Below, in pieces: positions 30,698 through 43,826 of a stretch of 64,000 bases of DNA. A program made the translations under genes and the position numbers. Below the pieces are notes generated by a model. That model searched no databases, had not been told where the DNA came from, and worked only from the letters and a program-made list of their open reading frames with translations. Numbering within the stretch: position 1 is the first letter of the stretch; every line of letters begins with the position of its first letter. The stretch lies in NCBI GenBank assembly GCA_965261345.1, contig OZ253449.1:608001-672000 (forward strand). The letters run 5' to 3'. The DNA is from Chloroflexota bacterium (GTDB lineage Bacteria > Chloroflexota > UBA11872 > VXNJ01).

Positions 30698-32971
30698 GTG
30701 AACGCCGTTGGACAAGTAGGATCCGCCTCGCTGGCCATTAGCTGGCCACTATTGATGCTCAGTTTCTCGGTTATCGGGCTGCCGATCGCGCGGGCGGTGT
30801 TTACGCGACGCCGGCTGGGTGGTTTGGTCCTTTCCAAGTTATTGGGGTACCTACTGTTCGCATTCATCGGGTGGTCCCTGCTCCACAGCGGTTGGTTTGA
30901 AAACACCCGTTCATTTGCTGCGTTGCTCGCCTACGGCTTGGCGCTTTTATCTGGCATTTGGCTATGGCGTTCGGATCAGCTAGCTGGCGTGTTTGCTCAA
31001 TGGCGCTGGTTGCTAGGGATTGAGGCCGTCTATTTGGTCGCATTTTGGGGATTTCTGGTATTGCGCAGCAACATGCCCGGAGTGCTCAATTTTGAACAGC
31101 CATTCGACTACGCGCTGCTCAACGCCGCCATGTCGAGTCCGGTCTATCCGCCCAACGACCCGTGGCTGGCGGGGCAGACCCTAAATTACTACTACTTCGG
31201 CCACGCCGCCGCCGGACTGGCTGCCAACGCCGCCGGCGTTCACCGGTTGCTGGCCTACGATACGGCATTGGCGAACACCTTCGCGCTGGGCATGCTAGGT
31301 GCGTTCGGCCTGTGCGCCCAATTGGCAATTGGGGTTGTCGGCGACAAAACCCGTGCGCTGTCCAGAATCCTTTCTCCGGCGGCCGGCGTTCCGGTGATCT
31401 TGATCGGAAACCTGGCGGCATTGCCATATCTACTTGGTATTGAAGCCAATTCGGCCCGTTTTACTGAAGGCCTGAGCTGGCGGGCCAGCCGGGTTATCTC
31501 CCAAGGCGCCGATGGCGCATTTCGCAGCTGCTCAGGCGAGGGGGCGCTGGATTGTCCAATTACTGAATTTCCGGCCTTTTCCTTCATACTGGGCGACCTT
31601 CACGCCCACCTGCTGGCCATCCCACTGGTTCTATTGCAGATTGCCCTGGCATTGCAGTGGTTTCACCGTTGGCGACAAGGTAGCCCGGGTTGGGTGGGAT
31701 TTGGCGCCATATTGGTGGGCGGCGTAAACGCCGGACTCCTGTGGATGACCAATAGTTGGGATCTTCCGGGATCCTTGCTGTTGCTGCTGGGAGCGGGCTT
31801 GTTGGCGATCCTGATCCGAGGCCGACCCGATGCCCGAATCGCTGGCTGGCTGTTGGCCCATTGGATAGTCGTTCTAGCCATCGCGGTAGCGACCGCCCTG
31901 CCATTTTTGACCAACTACGAAGCCCCCCGGTTGGGGTTGGCGATCACTCAACATCGATCGCAGATAGGGCCCTTCCTGCTCATGTGGGGGATTCCGATCG
32001 CAATCTATTGCACCTGGCTATTGGCCGGCGGGTGGACCATCAATTGGCGGTTGCGGTTGGGCGCATTCACCATATTGGCCCTGGCGACATTGGGATTCGA
32101 ACTGTCAGTCGGCGGCGCCGCACCGGTACTGCTGCTAGGGCTGATCGGTATTGCGGCCTCCGCCTTCAGATGCCTTCCGGCCGGCTCAAGGGCTGCGACC
32201 GGCCCGATCCTGGGACTTGCCGGATATGGATTCCTGGTGCTGCTGATTCCCGAATTCATCCACATCGATGACGGGTTCGGCGGTGCCTGGGGGCGTCTGA
32301 ACACGGTGTTTAAATTCTTCTTTCATGCGTGGATAGTGTTGCTAGCAATTACGCCGGCGATGATCGGCGGACTTTTCCGGGCGGTAATGGAATGGCCGTC
32401 AGCGCGCCTGGCTCGGTCCGGAAGCCTGGCGGCGGCGGGCACGTTGATCACTTTGCTTGGAATCGGATCTTTCTATACAGCCGACGCCGCGCGGGCCCGC
32501 GCGGCCGACTTCGACGGCCAATCGCTTAACGCGTTGCGATCAGCTGAGGTCAGCGCCGGCGGCGACGTTGAAGTTGCCAATTGGATGGCACGCAATCTCG
32601 ATCCGGAATCTACGATCCTGGAAGCCTGCTGCGAATCCTATTCACAAACCGGTCGGATGGCGGCCTGGACCGGAATTCCGACGGTGTTCGCCTGGCAGGC
32701 ACATTGCCGGATGCACCGGCCCGATTGCGATCTGACGGCTCCTGATCCGCAATTGATCCAGCGGCTCTATGACGGTCTGGGAGGTGCGCAAATCGCCGCC
32801 CGGTTGCGCGAATTGGGCATCACCCACGTGGTGGTGGGCAATCAGGAGCGCTTCCGGTACCCGTCGCTTGGCGACCCCAGCCGGACTGATTTGATCGATG
32901 CGTACTCCTCCACCGGGGGGCAAACCCGTTTGTACGCGGTCCCCTACCCGACCCGATCGGAAGAGCAATGA
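30698..32971 (+). CDS. DUF2298 (YYY-motif) polytopic membrane protein, putative GT-C glycosyltransferase
   Basis: PPNDPWLAGQTLNYYYFGH, WRASRVI, ITEFPAFSFILGDLHAH, TNSWD, RLNTVFKFF, TGIPTV. Confidence 0.88.
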   Translation: MNAVGQVGSASLAISWPLLMLSFSVIGLPIARAVFTRRRLGGLVLSKLLGYLLFAFIGWSLLHSGWFENTRSFAALLAYGLALLSGIWLWRSDQLAGVFAQWRWLLGIEAVYLVAFWGFLVLRSNMPGVLNFEQPFDYALLNAAMSSPVYPPNDPWLAGQTLNYYYFGHAAAGLAANAAGVHRLLAYDTALANTFALGMLGAFGLCAQLAIGVVGDKTRALSRILSPAAGVPVILIGNLAALPYLLGIEANSARFTEGLSWRASRVISQGADGAFRSCSGEGALDCPITEFPAFSFILGDLHAHLLAIPLVLLQIALALQWFHRWRQGSPGWVGFGAILVGGVNAGLLWMTNSWDLPGSLLLLLGAGLLAILIRGRPDARIAGWLLAHWIVVLAIAVATALPFLTNYEAPRLGLAITQHRSQIGPFLLMWGIPIAIYCTWLLAGGWTINWRLRLGAFTILALATLGFELSVGGAAPVLLLGLIGIAASAFRCLPAGSRAATGPILGLAGYGFLVLLIPEFIHIDDGFGGAWGRLNTVFKFFFHAWIVLLAITPAMIGGLFRAVMEWPSARLARSGSLAAAGTLITLLGIGSFYTADAARARAADFDGQSLNALRSAEVSAGGDVEVANWMARNLDPESTILEACCESYSQTGRMAAWTGIPTVFAWQAHCRMHRPDCDLTAPDPQLIQRLYDGLGGAQIAARLRELGITHVVVGNQERFRYPSLGDPSRTDLIDAYSSTGGQTRLYAVPYPTRSEEQ

Positions 32972-34713
32972 TCGCCCGCATCCGTTCGGCGGGAGACCGG
33001 ATCGGACCATGGGTTGGCGGCCGCCGAGGGACAGTGGCGGTGCTGCTGATGGCAGCGGGCACCCGGTTGGCCGAGCTGGGAACCCGAGCCTTTCACCACG
33101 ATGAGGCAATCCATGCGGTAGAGGCCCTCAACCGCCTCGAAACATTTACCCATATTTACGATCCGGTCTATCACGGTCCCTTTCTCTATTTCTCCAACGC
33201 CCTCGTCTACCTGCTAATCGACCAGTCCGATTCGGCAGCCCGCCTGCTACCGGCTATTGCCGGGATCGGCTTGGTGGCGCTCGTCCCTCTACTGCTGCGC
33301 GAGCAGTTGGGGCGGACCGGCACCCTATTGGCGATGACCGCGCTGACCCTATCGCCGGCATTCCTCTACTATTCGCGGTTCTTGCGCAATGACATCTACA
33401 TCGCCCTGTTTACCCTGCTGGCGATGGCAAGCCTGATTCGCTTTGCTGCTCGGCCGCAACGGCGGTGGGTGGTACTGGCCGCGGTTGCGATGGGCTTTGG
33501 ACTGGCCACCAAGGAGAACACCTACATAACCGGGTTCATCTTCGTCAGCTTCCTCGCTATCCTGGCGATTGCTGCCGTCCGGTTCGGCCGCGCTCAAAAC
33601 AACCCCCATCCATCGAGGCGGCGCCGTCAGTTCGCTGGCGCAAAAGTTTTGCCAACGACTTGGCGTGACCCGATTCGCGCCGCGTTTTCTGCCCTTTTTG
33701 CCGACCGCGTAGGGCTTCTTTGGGCGGGGGCGATCATCGTTGCGGTGCCGCTGCTGTTTTTCACCTCGTTCCTACAGGCTCCGGACCGGTTTCTCGTCGC
33801 GCTGCGTGACTCGGTGGCCGTTTGGGCTGAGATCAACGAGATCGGGCGGGTCAACCAGCCGTGGTTCTACTACCTCGGCCTCACTCTGACCCTAGAACCA
33901 TTCGCCGCAGTCCTGGGATTGGCCGGAATAGTTGCAACAGTCCGCAAGCCTGCGCTTTTTTCCGGGCTGCTGCTCTGGTGGCTGGCATTGTCCCTTTGCA
34001 TCTATTCAATCGCCGGCGAAAAGGCGCCCTGGCTGGCCCTTCACCCGCTGCTCCCATTGATATTGCTCGCTGCCCGCTTTGCCGGCACCTGGTTGGAGAC
34101 CGCCGGCAACTGGCAGCGCTGGCTCGCCGGCGTGGTAATCGCCGTGCTCTTGACCATTGGCGCCCGGCATGCGATTGCCACCACCTACCTGTACGGCGAC
34201 GTGCCCAGGACTCCGCTCGTTTACACCCAGACCTCGCGCGATATCGTCGCGGCGGTCGGGTTGATCGAGCGGGCGGGAACGGCAACCGGGCTAGGCCGCA
34301 GTTTACCGGTATTCATTGATGGCACTTCACACTGGCCGCTGACCTGGTACCTGCGCAATCATTCAGCCGTCACATGGGGATCCGGCCCTTCCCACCTGGA
34401 CGTTGGCAATCATCTGGTGCTAATTCTCGACGCTCCCACCAGGGAATTGGCACTTGATCAACTGGGCGCCTACCGGGGCCGCGAGTTGCGCTTGCGCGAA
34501 TGGTTCCCGGAGGGGGTCTATCACAGCTGGGATGGCAGCTCAGTATGGGCGTTCATATCGAGCCCACAACCGGCACTGCAGCTGGCCACATTTCTGTTAT
34601 TCCACGAGCCACCGGCCCCAATCGGGTCCACCAACGTCTTTTTGTACGTCCATGCGGACCTCCTGGAATTAGGAATCGATCCGATCGCTTCCATCGCTCA
34701 AGTCCCGCCCTAG
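32968..34713 (+). CDS. TIGR03663/Agl23-like membrane protein (PMT-type glycosyltransferase fold)
   Basis: RAFHHDEAIH, YDPVYHGP, YYSRFLRND, TKEN, EKAPWL, VYTQT, WPLTWYLR; ATGA overlap with upstream gene. Confidence 0.85.
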   Translation: MIARIRSAGDRIGPWVGGRRGTVAVLLMAAGTRLAELGTRAFHHDEAIHAVEALNRLETFTHIYDPVYHGPFLYFSNALVYLLIDQSDSAARLLPAIAGIGLVALVPLLLREQLGRTGTLLAMTALTLSPAFLYYSRFLRNDIYIALFTLLAMASLIRFAARPQRRWVVLAAVAMGFGLATKENTYITGFIFVSFLAILAIAAVRFGRAQNNPHPSRRRRQFAGAKVLPTTWRDPIRAAFSALFADRVGLLWAGAIIVAVPLLFFTSFLQAPDRFLVALRDSVAVWAEINEIGRVNQPWFYYLGLTLTLEPFAAVLGLAGIVATVRKPALFSGLLLWWLALSLCIYSIAGEKAPWLALHPLLPLILLAARFAGTWLETAGNWQRWLAGVVIAVLLTIGARHAIATTYLYGDVPRTPLVYTQTSRDIVAAVGLIERAGTATGLGRSLPVFIDGTSHWPLTWYLRNHSAVTWGSGPSHLDVGNHLVLILDAPTRELALDQLGAYRGRELRLREWFPEGVYHSWDGSSVWAFISSPQPALQLATFLLFHEPPAPIGSTNVFLYVHADLLELGIDPIASIAQVPP

Positions 34714-34772
34714 CAATTGGGATCTGCGTAGGCCCCGCACCACTCGCGAGCGAGGGCGCAGGACGAAAGAAA

Positions 34773-34891
<119 letters not shown>

Positions 34892-34911
34892 ATTCTCGCG
34901 ATGTAATTATT

Positions 34912-34954
34912 AGTCAATGTTGCGCAACAACTCCAGTTTTGCCGGCCCGAAGAA
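34912..34954 (-). repeat. 3' arm of pre-23S processing stem
   Basis: Complementary over ~43 bp to 38054-38098. Confidence 0.8.
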
Positions 34955-34963
34955 CCGGTAAAA

Positions 34964-38044
<3,081 letters not shown>

Positions 38045-38053
38045 CTCTTTGGA

Positions 38054-38098
38054 TTCCTCGGGTCGGCAAAACTGAAGTTGTTTTGCACAATATTGACT
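38054..38098 (-). repeat. 5' arm of pre-23S processing stem
   Basis: AGUCAAUAUUGUGCAAAACAACUUCAGUUUUGCCGACCCGAGGAA pairs with the trailer at 34912-34954. Confidence 0.8.
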
Positions 38099-38169
38099 TG
38101 TCAAAGGTGCGCCAACCTGACAGACGCGGCTTGCAACGCAAGCTACAGTCTCGCCAAAGTTAGCCGTTG

Positions 38170-38198
38170 ATTGTAGTCCACCCAAATTGTCTGCGCAA
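38170..38198 (-). promoter_or_regulatory. Sigma70-type promoter of the 23S-5S unit
   Basis: TTGCGC-17 nt-TACAAT on the minus strand about 125 nt upstream of 23S. Confidence 0.7.
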
Positions 38199-38233
38199 CG
38201 CAAAAACCGGTTGCCGTTGATCCCGGATGGGGT

Positions 38234-39220
38234 TCATCCCAGAATGGAGCGGAAGGCCGACCGGAACGGTGCCTCGTCGGCCGTCGTCGATACTTCCCAA
38301 ACCGCACTCGGCAACACCGCCGGATCGACCATTCGCCGTTGACCGTCGGCCAATAGTGCGGGGGACCGGGTATCCACCACGGTCATTCCCCAGGCCGAAT
38401 CGCGACCGGCGTCGACATCCATTTTCAACCGCCGGCTGGTTACGGCGCCGCGGTCGGCCAGCCAGACCAGCGTGAGCAAATCGGGGCACACCATCCTCCC
38501 GCCGGCGTTGGCGGCGGCGGTTGCGGCATGGTAGTAGCCCAACGGCCCCCGCAAAAAGTCGGCTGCCGCGGTTCGGCTCTCCCCAAGCAGGGCCAATTCA
38601 TCATCCCCGAGGGTGGTTGCTTTCATCACGTCATAGGTAAGCATTCGTGGCGGGCGCGGCCAGGCGGCGTTGACCATTTCCTTCGCCGCGAGGGGATCGC
38701 CGGCAACATTAAAACTGGCAACCGGAGAAATGTTGCCGGGCAGGTTGTAGGTGCCGCCCATATAGATGAAATCGGCAACTAGCGACGGTAGTTCCGGCTC
38801 CAGGCGCAAGGCCCGGGCGATGTTGGTGGCCGGCCCCAGGGCGGCCAATACGAATCGACCCGGAAATTGCCGGCAAAGTTCGACTATCGCCTGGTCCGCC
38901 GGGAGGTGGTAGGGGCTCAAGTCAAAGTCGGCCAGGCCAACATCGCCGAGCCCGTCATCGCCGTGAACCGATGACGCCCGACCAAGGACTGGTGAGCCGG
39001 CAAGGGCGTGGGCCGCGCCGTGGGCGATCGGGATTTCATTTCGTCCCGCAGCTCCCAGCACTCTCGCAACGTTCCGGGCCACCTTTTCATGTTCAACGTT
39101 CCCGTGCACGCAGGTAACTAGAGACACGCTGAACATGGGACTCGTCAATGCAAACCAGATGGCTACGGCGTCGTCCACACCACAGTCGCTGTCAATGATC
39201 AGGTCAATCGGGTCCGGCAT
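38234..39220 (-). CDS. Nucleoside hydrolase (IU-NH family)
   Basis: IDSDCGVDDA, HGN, VHGDDGLGD, LGPATN, MGG, GNISPVASFN. Confidence 0.92.
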   Translation of the reverse strand: MPDPIDLIIDSDCGVDDAVAIWFALTSPMFSVSLVTCVHGNVEHEKVARNVARVLGAAGRNEIPIAHGAAHALAGSPVLGRASSVHGDDGLGDVGLADFDLSPYHLPADQAIVELCRQFPGRFVLAALGPATNIARALRLEPELPSLVADFIYMGGTYNLPGNISPVASFNVAGDPLAAKEMVNAAWPRPPRMLTYDVMKATTLGDDELALLGESRTAAADFLRGPLGYYHAATAAANAGGRMVCPDLLTLVWLADRGAVTSRRLKMDVDAGRDSAWGMTVVDTRSPALLADGQRRMVDPAVLPSAVWEVSTTADEAPFRSAFRSILG

Positions 39221-39599
39221 TGGCGGCTCTTTAGGGCAATTAATCGGGGTTGGTTCTTCATATAAAGAATCGCCGAGTCACTGCCAGTCGGCAGCAATTG
39301 ATCACTGCTTCTAAAAGCGACTCCACCGGTTTCAGGCTAGATCCTCGCCGGTCGACGATCGTACGCCAACCTGGTTCGCGCCGCGTCCGGTCGGTTAAAT
39401 TCCTGGCGGCGCGGCCAGGAAGATCGAGCCCGGAAAGTGCGAATCGCCCGGCATCCGCAGGCGACGTTAAGGTACGGGATTTGTCCGAATAATGCCCGGC
39501 CGGCAATTTATTCATTGCCGAATCGTCGGCGTTCCTGTTTAATTGCGTGGGGGAGCGGGACGTTTAAGAGATCTCAACAATTTCAGGCGGAGGCACGAC

Positions 39600-40223
39600 A
39601 TGACCGACTATCCAGTCCAGTTATCAATCGACTATTCGGATTCCAGCAATCGGCTCACGGCGCTTTTTAGGATCCTTCTGGCGATCCCGATCGTGCTGAT
39701 TCTTGCCGCCGTGGGCGGCGGAGCCGCGAGCGGCGACGCCAGCATTGACCAGTTCGGCACGTTTCTGGCCGCCGGCGGGACGCTGGTCGTCGCCCCTCTC
39801 TTACTGATCCTTTATCGTCGCAAATATCCGCGCTGGTGGTTCGACTGGAACCTGGAGCTGGCCCGTTTTTCCACCAGGGTCACAGCCTACTTGATGCTCT
39901 TGCGCGATGAGTACCCGTCCACGGACGATCATCAGGCGGTCCACCTCGATATCCAATACCCGGACGCCGCCACGGAGTTGAATCGGTTCCTACCCATCAT
40001 CAAATGGGCGCTGGCAATTCCGCACCTGATCATCTTGTCGATTCTGTCCGTCTTCGTGATCATCGTAACGGTAGTTGCCTGGTTTGCGATATTGATCATC
40101 GGGCGCTATCCGAGGCCGCTGTTTAATTTCACGGTGGGGGCGCTCCGCTGGGGAACGCGGGTTACCGCCTACGCAATCCTGCTCACTACCGACCGGTACC
40201 CACCGTTCCGGCTCGACGCTTGA
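39600..40223 (+). CDS. DUF4389 membrane protein
   Basis: Two internal repeats (YPRWWFDW...LRDEYP; RYPRPLF...TDRYPPF); GGAGG RBS. Confidence 0.85.
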   Translation: MTDYPVQLSIDYSDSSNRLTALFRILLAIPIVLILAAVGGGAASGDASIDQFGTFLAAGGTLVVAPLLLILYRRKYPRWWFDWNLELARFSTRVTAYLMLLRDEYPSTDDHQAVHLDIQYPDAATELNRFLPIIKWALAIPHLIILSILSVFVIIVTVVAWFAILIIGRYPRPLFNFTVGALRWGTRVTAYAILLTTDRYPPFRLDA

Positions 40224-40280
40224 ATTGACTAGCTGAGCACGGCTTCCGTCGCTCGATTCGCCGGTGCTGCCGGTACTAAA

Positions 40281-40361
40281 CCGCCAGCCCGTCTACTAGG
40301 ACGAGGCCGTCGCCGGCACGTCTGCAAAACCGGAATCGCGCCCGAGTAGACGGGCTGGCGG
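40281..40361. repeat. 17-bp perfect inverted repeat with 47-nt spacer
   Basis: CCGCCAGCCCGTCTACT (40281-40297) and AGTAGACGGGCTGGCGG (40345-40361). Confidence 0.85.
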
Positions 40362-40617
40362 GTGCCGCATGTTTGACCACCTGAGAATCGCTCTAGGGCG
40401 GTGCAAAACAGTCGATCGGGCCGCTAATCTCAAGCACCGCGACGAACTGGCAGCGGGTAAACCCGGGCTCAACCGGCAGGTGCAGCGGTGCTTACAGCCG
40501 TTTGAGTAATTTAATTGCGCAACGCGCCTTTGGCAACGTTTAAAAACGGCCCCTGGTATCAACGTCTTGACCGGGCACGATGGCGCTCTCGCTCGAATCG
40601 GCAGTCCCCCAATGGTC

Positions 40618-40656
40618 AGGTTGTCTTCCCGGTGTATCCGCGGCGACAACCTTTTT
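40618..40656 (+). terminator. Possible intrinsic terminator
   Basis: AGGTTGTC...GACAACCT stem followed by TTTT. Confidence 0.35.
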
Positions 40657-41097
40657 CAAACGGAACCCAATTTGCCGGGTTGGCAGGCCCGACCGCCGGC
40701 GGTATCCTGACCTCGCATTCGGCAAGCAGAATTGAATAATGCGAGAACTAGAACTTGCCGAGGCCGCGAGGGCGGCAACAGCAAGGTTTACTCCTGTTTA
40801 GTCTTAGGTCCGTGGTTGGGCGCCCGAATCGGTCATCGAGGGGCGCAGTAGTGGCAACGGAATTGGCGCGGAACGCTTTTGCCCGTCAACATGCCAGGCC
40901 TCCTGGTCCGAAAGCGTGATCGAGTGGACATTTTCACGTTGGAGTGGATCGGCGGTAAGGATTGAACCATCGTCAAAATAGCGTCGCGAGAAGTGTTTTG
41001 CAAGCCAGATTACGCTGCCAGGGCGAACGACAGTCGCGGCCCAAGTTCGACTGGAGGTTTGGGCTTGCAACTTGAACCGATGGGGTGGGTCCCGCCG

Positions 41098-42171
41098 ATG
41101 CCTATCGCATTGATAAACCGATTGCGACCGCACAAGTTGTCGCTGGCAATTGCTTTGTCAATCGCTGCGGTTGCTTTGGCAGCTTGCCAGGCCGATTCCG
41201 ATCCGGTTCAATCGGCAAATGGCCAATCACGCTCGCTAAAAATCGTTGCCAGTACTTCGATATTGGCCGATATCGCCATCGGCGCCCGCCATTGTGCGGG
41301 CCATAACTCGCATCTGCCAACATCGCTGAGCCGGATGACCAAATCCTGGCCTTGGTGCCGCCCGGCGGTGACGCCCACGGTTGGTCGCTTTCGCCAAGCC
41401 AGCTCAAGGCGATCGCCGAGGCCGATCTGGTCATTGAAATTGGCCTTGAGTTGGACACTCACTTTATGGATCCCATTTTTGAAGCGGGCACAACCTCCGC
41501 CCTACGGGTGGTTACCTCGGACGGGATCGACCTGATCGCCGCCACCGAGGGACAACACGCCGGGGCCGGGGACGTAAACATGGAAGATCAGGAGGACGGC
41601 GATCACGGCGAATTCGACCCGCATGTTTGGACAAGTCCTGCCAACGCTAAAGTAATGGCCGCCAACATCCGCGACGCGCTCACCCAGATTGCACCGGATC
41701 GAGCCGCCGCGTACAACGCACGCTTCGTGGCCTTTGCAGACGAATTAGACATGCTCGACGAGGCGATCAGGGCGCGGTTTGCGGACCTGCCGCTTGATTC
41801 CCGGCAAGTCCTGATCAAACCTGCCGCTTGATTCCCGGCAAGTCCTGATCTATCACCGCAATCTCGATTACTTTGCCGCCCGTTATGGTATCGAAGTCGT
41901 CGGTTCGTTCAGCGGGGGTTACACGACCGAAGCGGTCAGTCAGTCGCCCGCCCACATCGCCGGACTGTTGGCGATCGCGGGTGTCGATGCGGTCTTTGCC
42001 GAAACTGGGATCGACCCAGAATCAACAATCGCGCTGGCCGATGACGCCAGCGTAAATTACGGGGGCGAATTGACGATTGATTGGTTAGGGGCCCAGGATT
42101 CAGCCACCGCAACCTACCTGGACCTGATGAACACCCTTGGCAAGCAGATCGCAGAGGCGCTGGCGCAATGA
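41098..42171 (+). pseudogene. Zn/Mn ABC transporter substrate-binding lipoprotein (ZnuA/TroA family) broken by two short insertions
   Basis: Lipobox LAAC, VASTSILADI, VPPGGDAH, DPHVW, YHRNLDYF and YLDLM spread over three segments; lesions at about 41278-41315 and 41817-41850. Confidence 0.85.
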
Positions 42172-42860
42172 ACCAAACCTTGGATCGCCGCCGTCACGCA
42201 GTGGAATTCATTGGGGCCTGTTTTGCATATCCGCATTCAGATTGGCCGGGACTGCATCAGATCGATTTGCGTATCGAATCCGGCTCAGTAGTGGTCATGA
42301 CCGGTTCCAATGGGGTTGGAAAATCAACGGTCTTAAAGTTGATATCCGGAGCCCTCTCGCCGACCGAAGGCCGGGTTCTGGTCGAGGGACGTAGGGCAGG
42401 TTTCGACGGGCGTGTGGCCCACATGGACCGCTCTGATTCCACCGATTGGTCATTCCCTATTGATGTACGACGGTTCGTGCTGCTCGGTCGCTACGTGCAC
42501 CGCGGCCCCTTGCGCCCTTTTAGGGAATGTGACCATCGACGAGTCGACGAAACCATTGACCTGTTGCAGTTGACCCAAGTCAAGCACCGGCAAATCGGAG
42601 AATTGTCCAGTGGTCAGCAGCAGCGGGCCGTCATCGGCCGGGCGGTTGCCCAGGACGCCGACGTATACCTGTTCGACGAACCGCTCAATTCGCTCGATGG
42701 TGCATCGGCGCAGATCTTCTCAAATGTTGTTGCAAGGTTGAAGGCCGCCAACCGGACCGTCATTGTTGTTACCCACGAGCCGGGACGCCTCAAAGTGCAA
42801 GTCGACCGCACCCTGCACGTTGCCGACAGTCCGCGGGCCCTGGCCCGAAGCGATCGGTAA
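42168..42860 (+). CDS. Metal ABC transporter ATP-binding protein (ZnuC/TroB-like)
   Basis: GSNGVGKST, WSFPIDV, LSSGQQQR, FDEP, VTHE; ATGA overlap. Confidence 0.92.
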   Translation: MNQTLDRRRHAVEFIGACFAYPHSDWPGLHQIDLRIESGSVVVMTGSNGVGKSTVLKLISGALSPTEGRVLVEGRRAGFDGRVAHMDRSDSTDWSFPIDVRRFVLLGRYVHRGPLRPFRECDHRRVDETIDLLQLTQVKHRQIGELSSGQQQRAVIGRAVAQDADVYLFDEPLNSLDGASAQIFSNVVARLKAANRTVIVVTHEPGRLKVQVDRTLHVADSPRALARSDR

Positions 42861-42863
42861 TCC

Positions 42864-43721
42864 GTGTACGAGTTTTTTGTCGAACCGCTAAGTTACCGGT
42901 TCATGCAATATGCGATGGTCACGCTGATCGCGGCCAGCATCATCTGCGCCAGCGTCGGGGTACACCTGGTAGTCCGACGGATGTCGTTCTTCTCGGTCGG
43001 CGTTTCGCATGCCGTACTGCCCGGCGTGGTAGTGGCGTTCGCTGCCGGAATTAACGTGGTCATCGGGTCCTTGTTGGCGGCGCTGGCGGCCACCTTCGGC
43101 ATAAGCTGGCTAACCCGCAAACAAGTCTTAAACGAGGATGCTGCAATCGGGGCAATCTACACTGGCATGTTTGCCCTGGGAATAGTAATGCTCGCCACCC
43201 TGGCAACTTTTCAGGACATGTTTGCCTTAATTTTTGGAGACATCCTGGCCGTGAACCAGGGGGAGTTGATGTTGTTGTTAGGTTTGGCAGTCCTGGTCGT
43301 GATATTGTTGCTGGCGTTTAATCGGGAGCTTGAACTTACCGGACTCGATCCGGCATACGCATCCTCGATCGGGTTGAGCCCAGACCTGGCCCGGATGGGG
43401 CTGCTGGTCCTGGTGGCGGTTGCAGTAGTGGCCGGGATAACGGCAGTCGGAATAGTACTGACAGCCTCGCTGTTGATTTCTTCGGCATCAGCCGCATCGA
43501 TGCTTTCGCACAGCATCTGGCACCGCTACGTAATTTCGGTTTCAATCGCGGTTGTGGCCGGGATTCTGGCGCTGTACGTGTCGTATCACGCCGATCTTCC
43601 CTCGGGAGGGTCGATAGTCATTTTTCAGGCCTTGGCCGTCGGCCTGGCCTGGTGCCTGCGCTGGTTCCGGAATCGGATGGGAAGTCACACCGAACCCGTC
43701 GATGAAGAACTGGCGAGTTGA
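42864..43721 (+). CDS. Metal ABC transporter permease (ZnuB/MntB-like)
   Basis: SHAVLPG, EDAAIG, LIFGDIL, DLPSGGSI. Confidence 0.92.
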   Translation: MYEFFVEPLSYRFMQYAMVTLIAASIICASVGVHLVVRRMSFFSVGVSHAVLPGVVVAFAAGINVVIGSLLAALAATFGISWLTRKQVLNEDAAIGAIYTGMFALGIVMLATLATFQDMFALIFGDILAVNQGELMLLLGLAVLVVILLLAFNRELELTGLDPAYASSIGLSPDLARMGLLVLVAVAVVAGITAVGIVLTASLLISSASAASMLSHSIWHRYVISVSIAVVAGILALYVSYHADLPSGGSIVIFQALAVGLAWCLRWFRNRMGSHTEPVDEELAS

Positions 43722-43826
43722 AAGCGTGAAAGGAACGGCCCTGCCAGGCCGCCGCCCAACCGACACACCCGGCCACGACCTTCGCCGGTTCTGCGGCAGC
43801 CCGCGTCACCTATCCAAAATTCGCGC

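Noticed and set aside
41106-41128. Possible Zur/Fur box TCGCATTGATAAACCGATTGCGA at the metal ABC operon start
   Set aside because: Symmetry and spacing too imperfect to support without a matrix search
40804-41133. 109-aa minus-strand ORF upstream of the metal ABC operon
   Set aside because: No recognisable motif or RBS and overlaps the lipoprotein start; at most a decayed fragment
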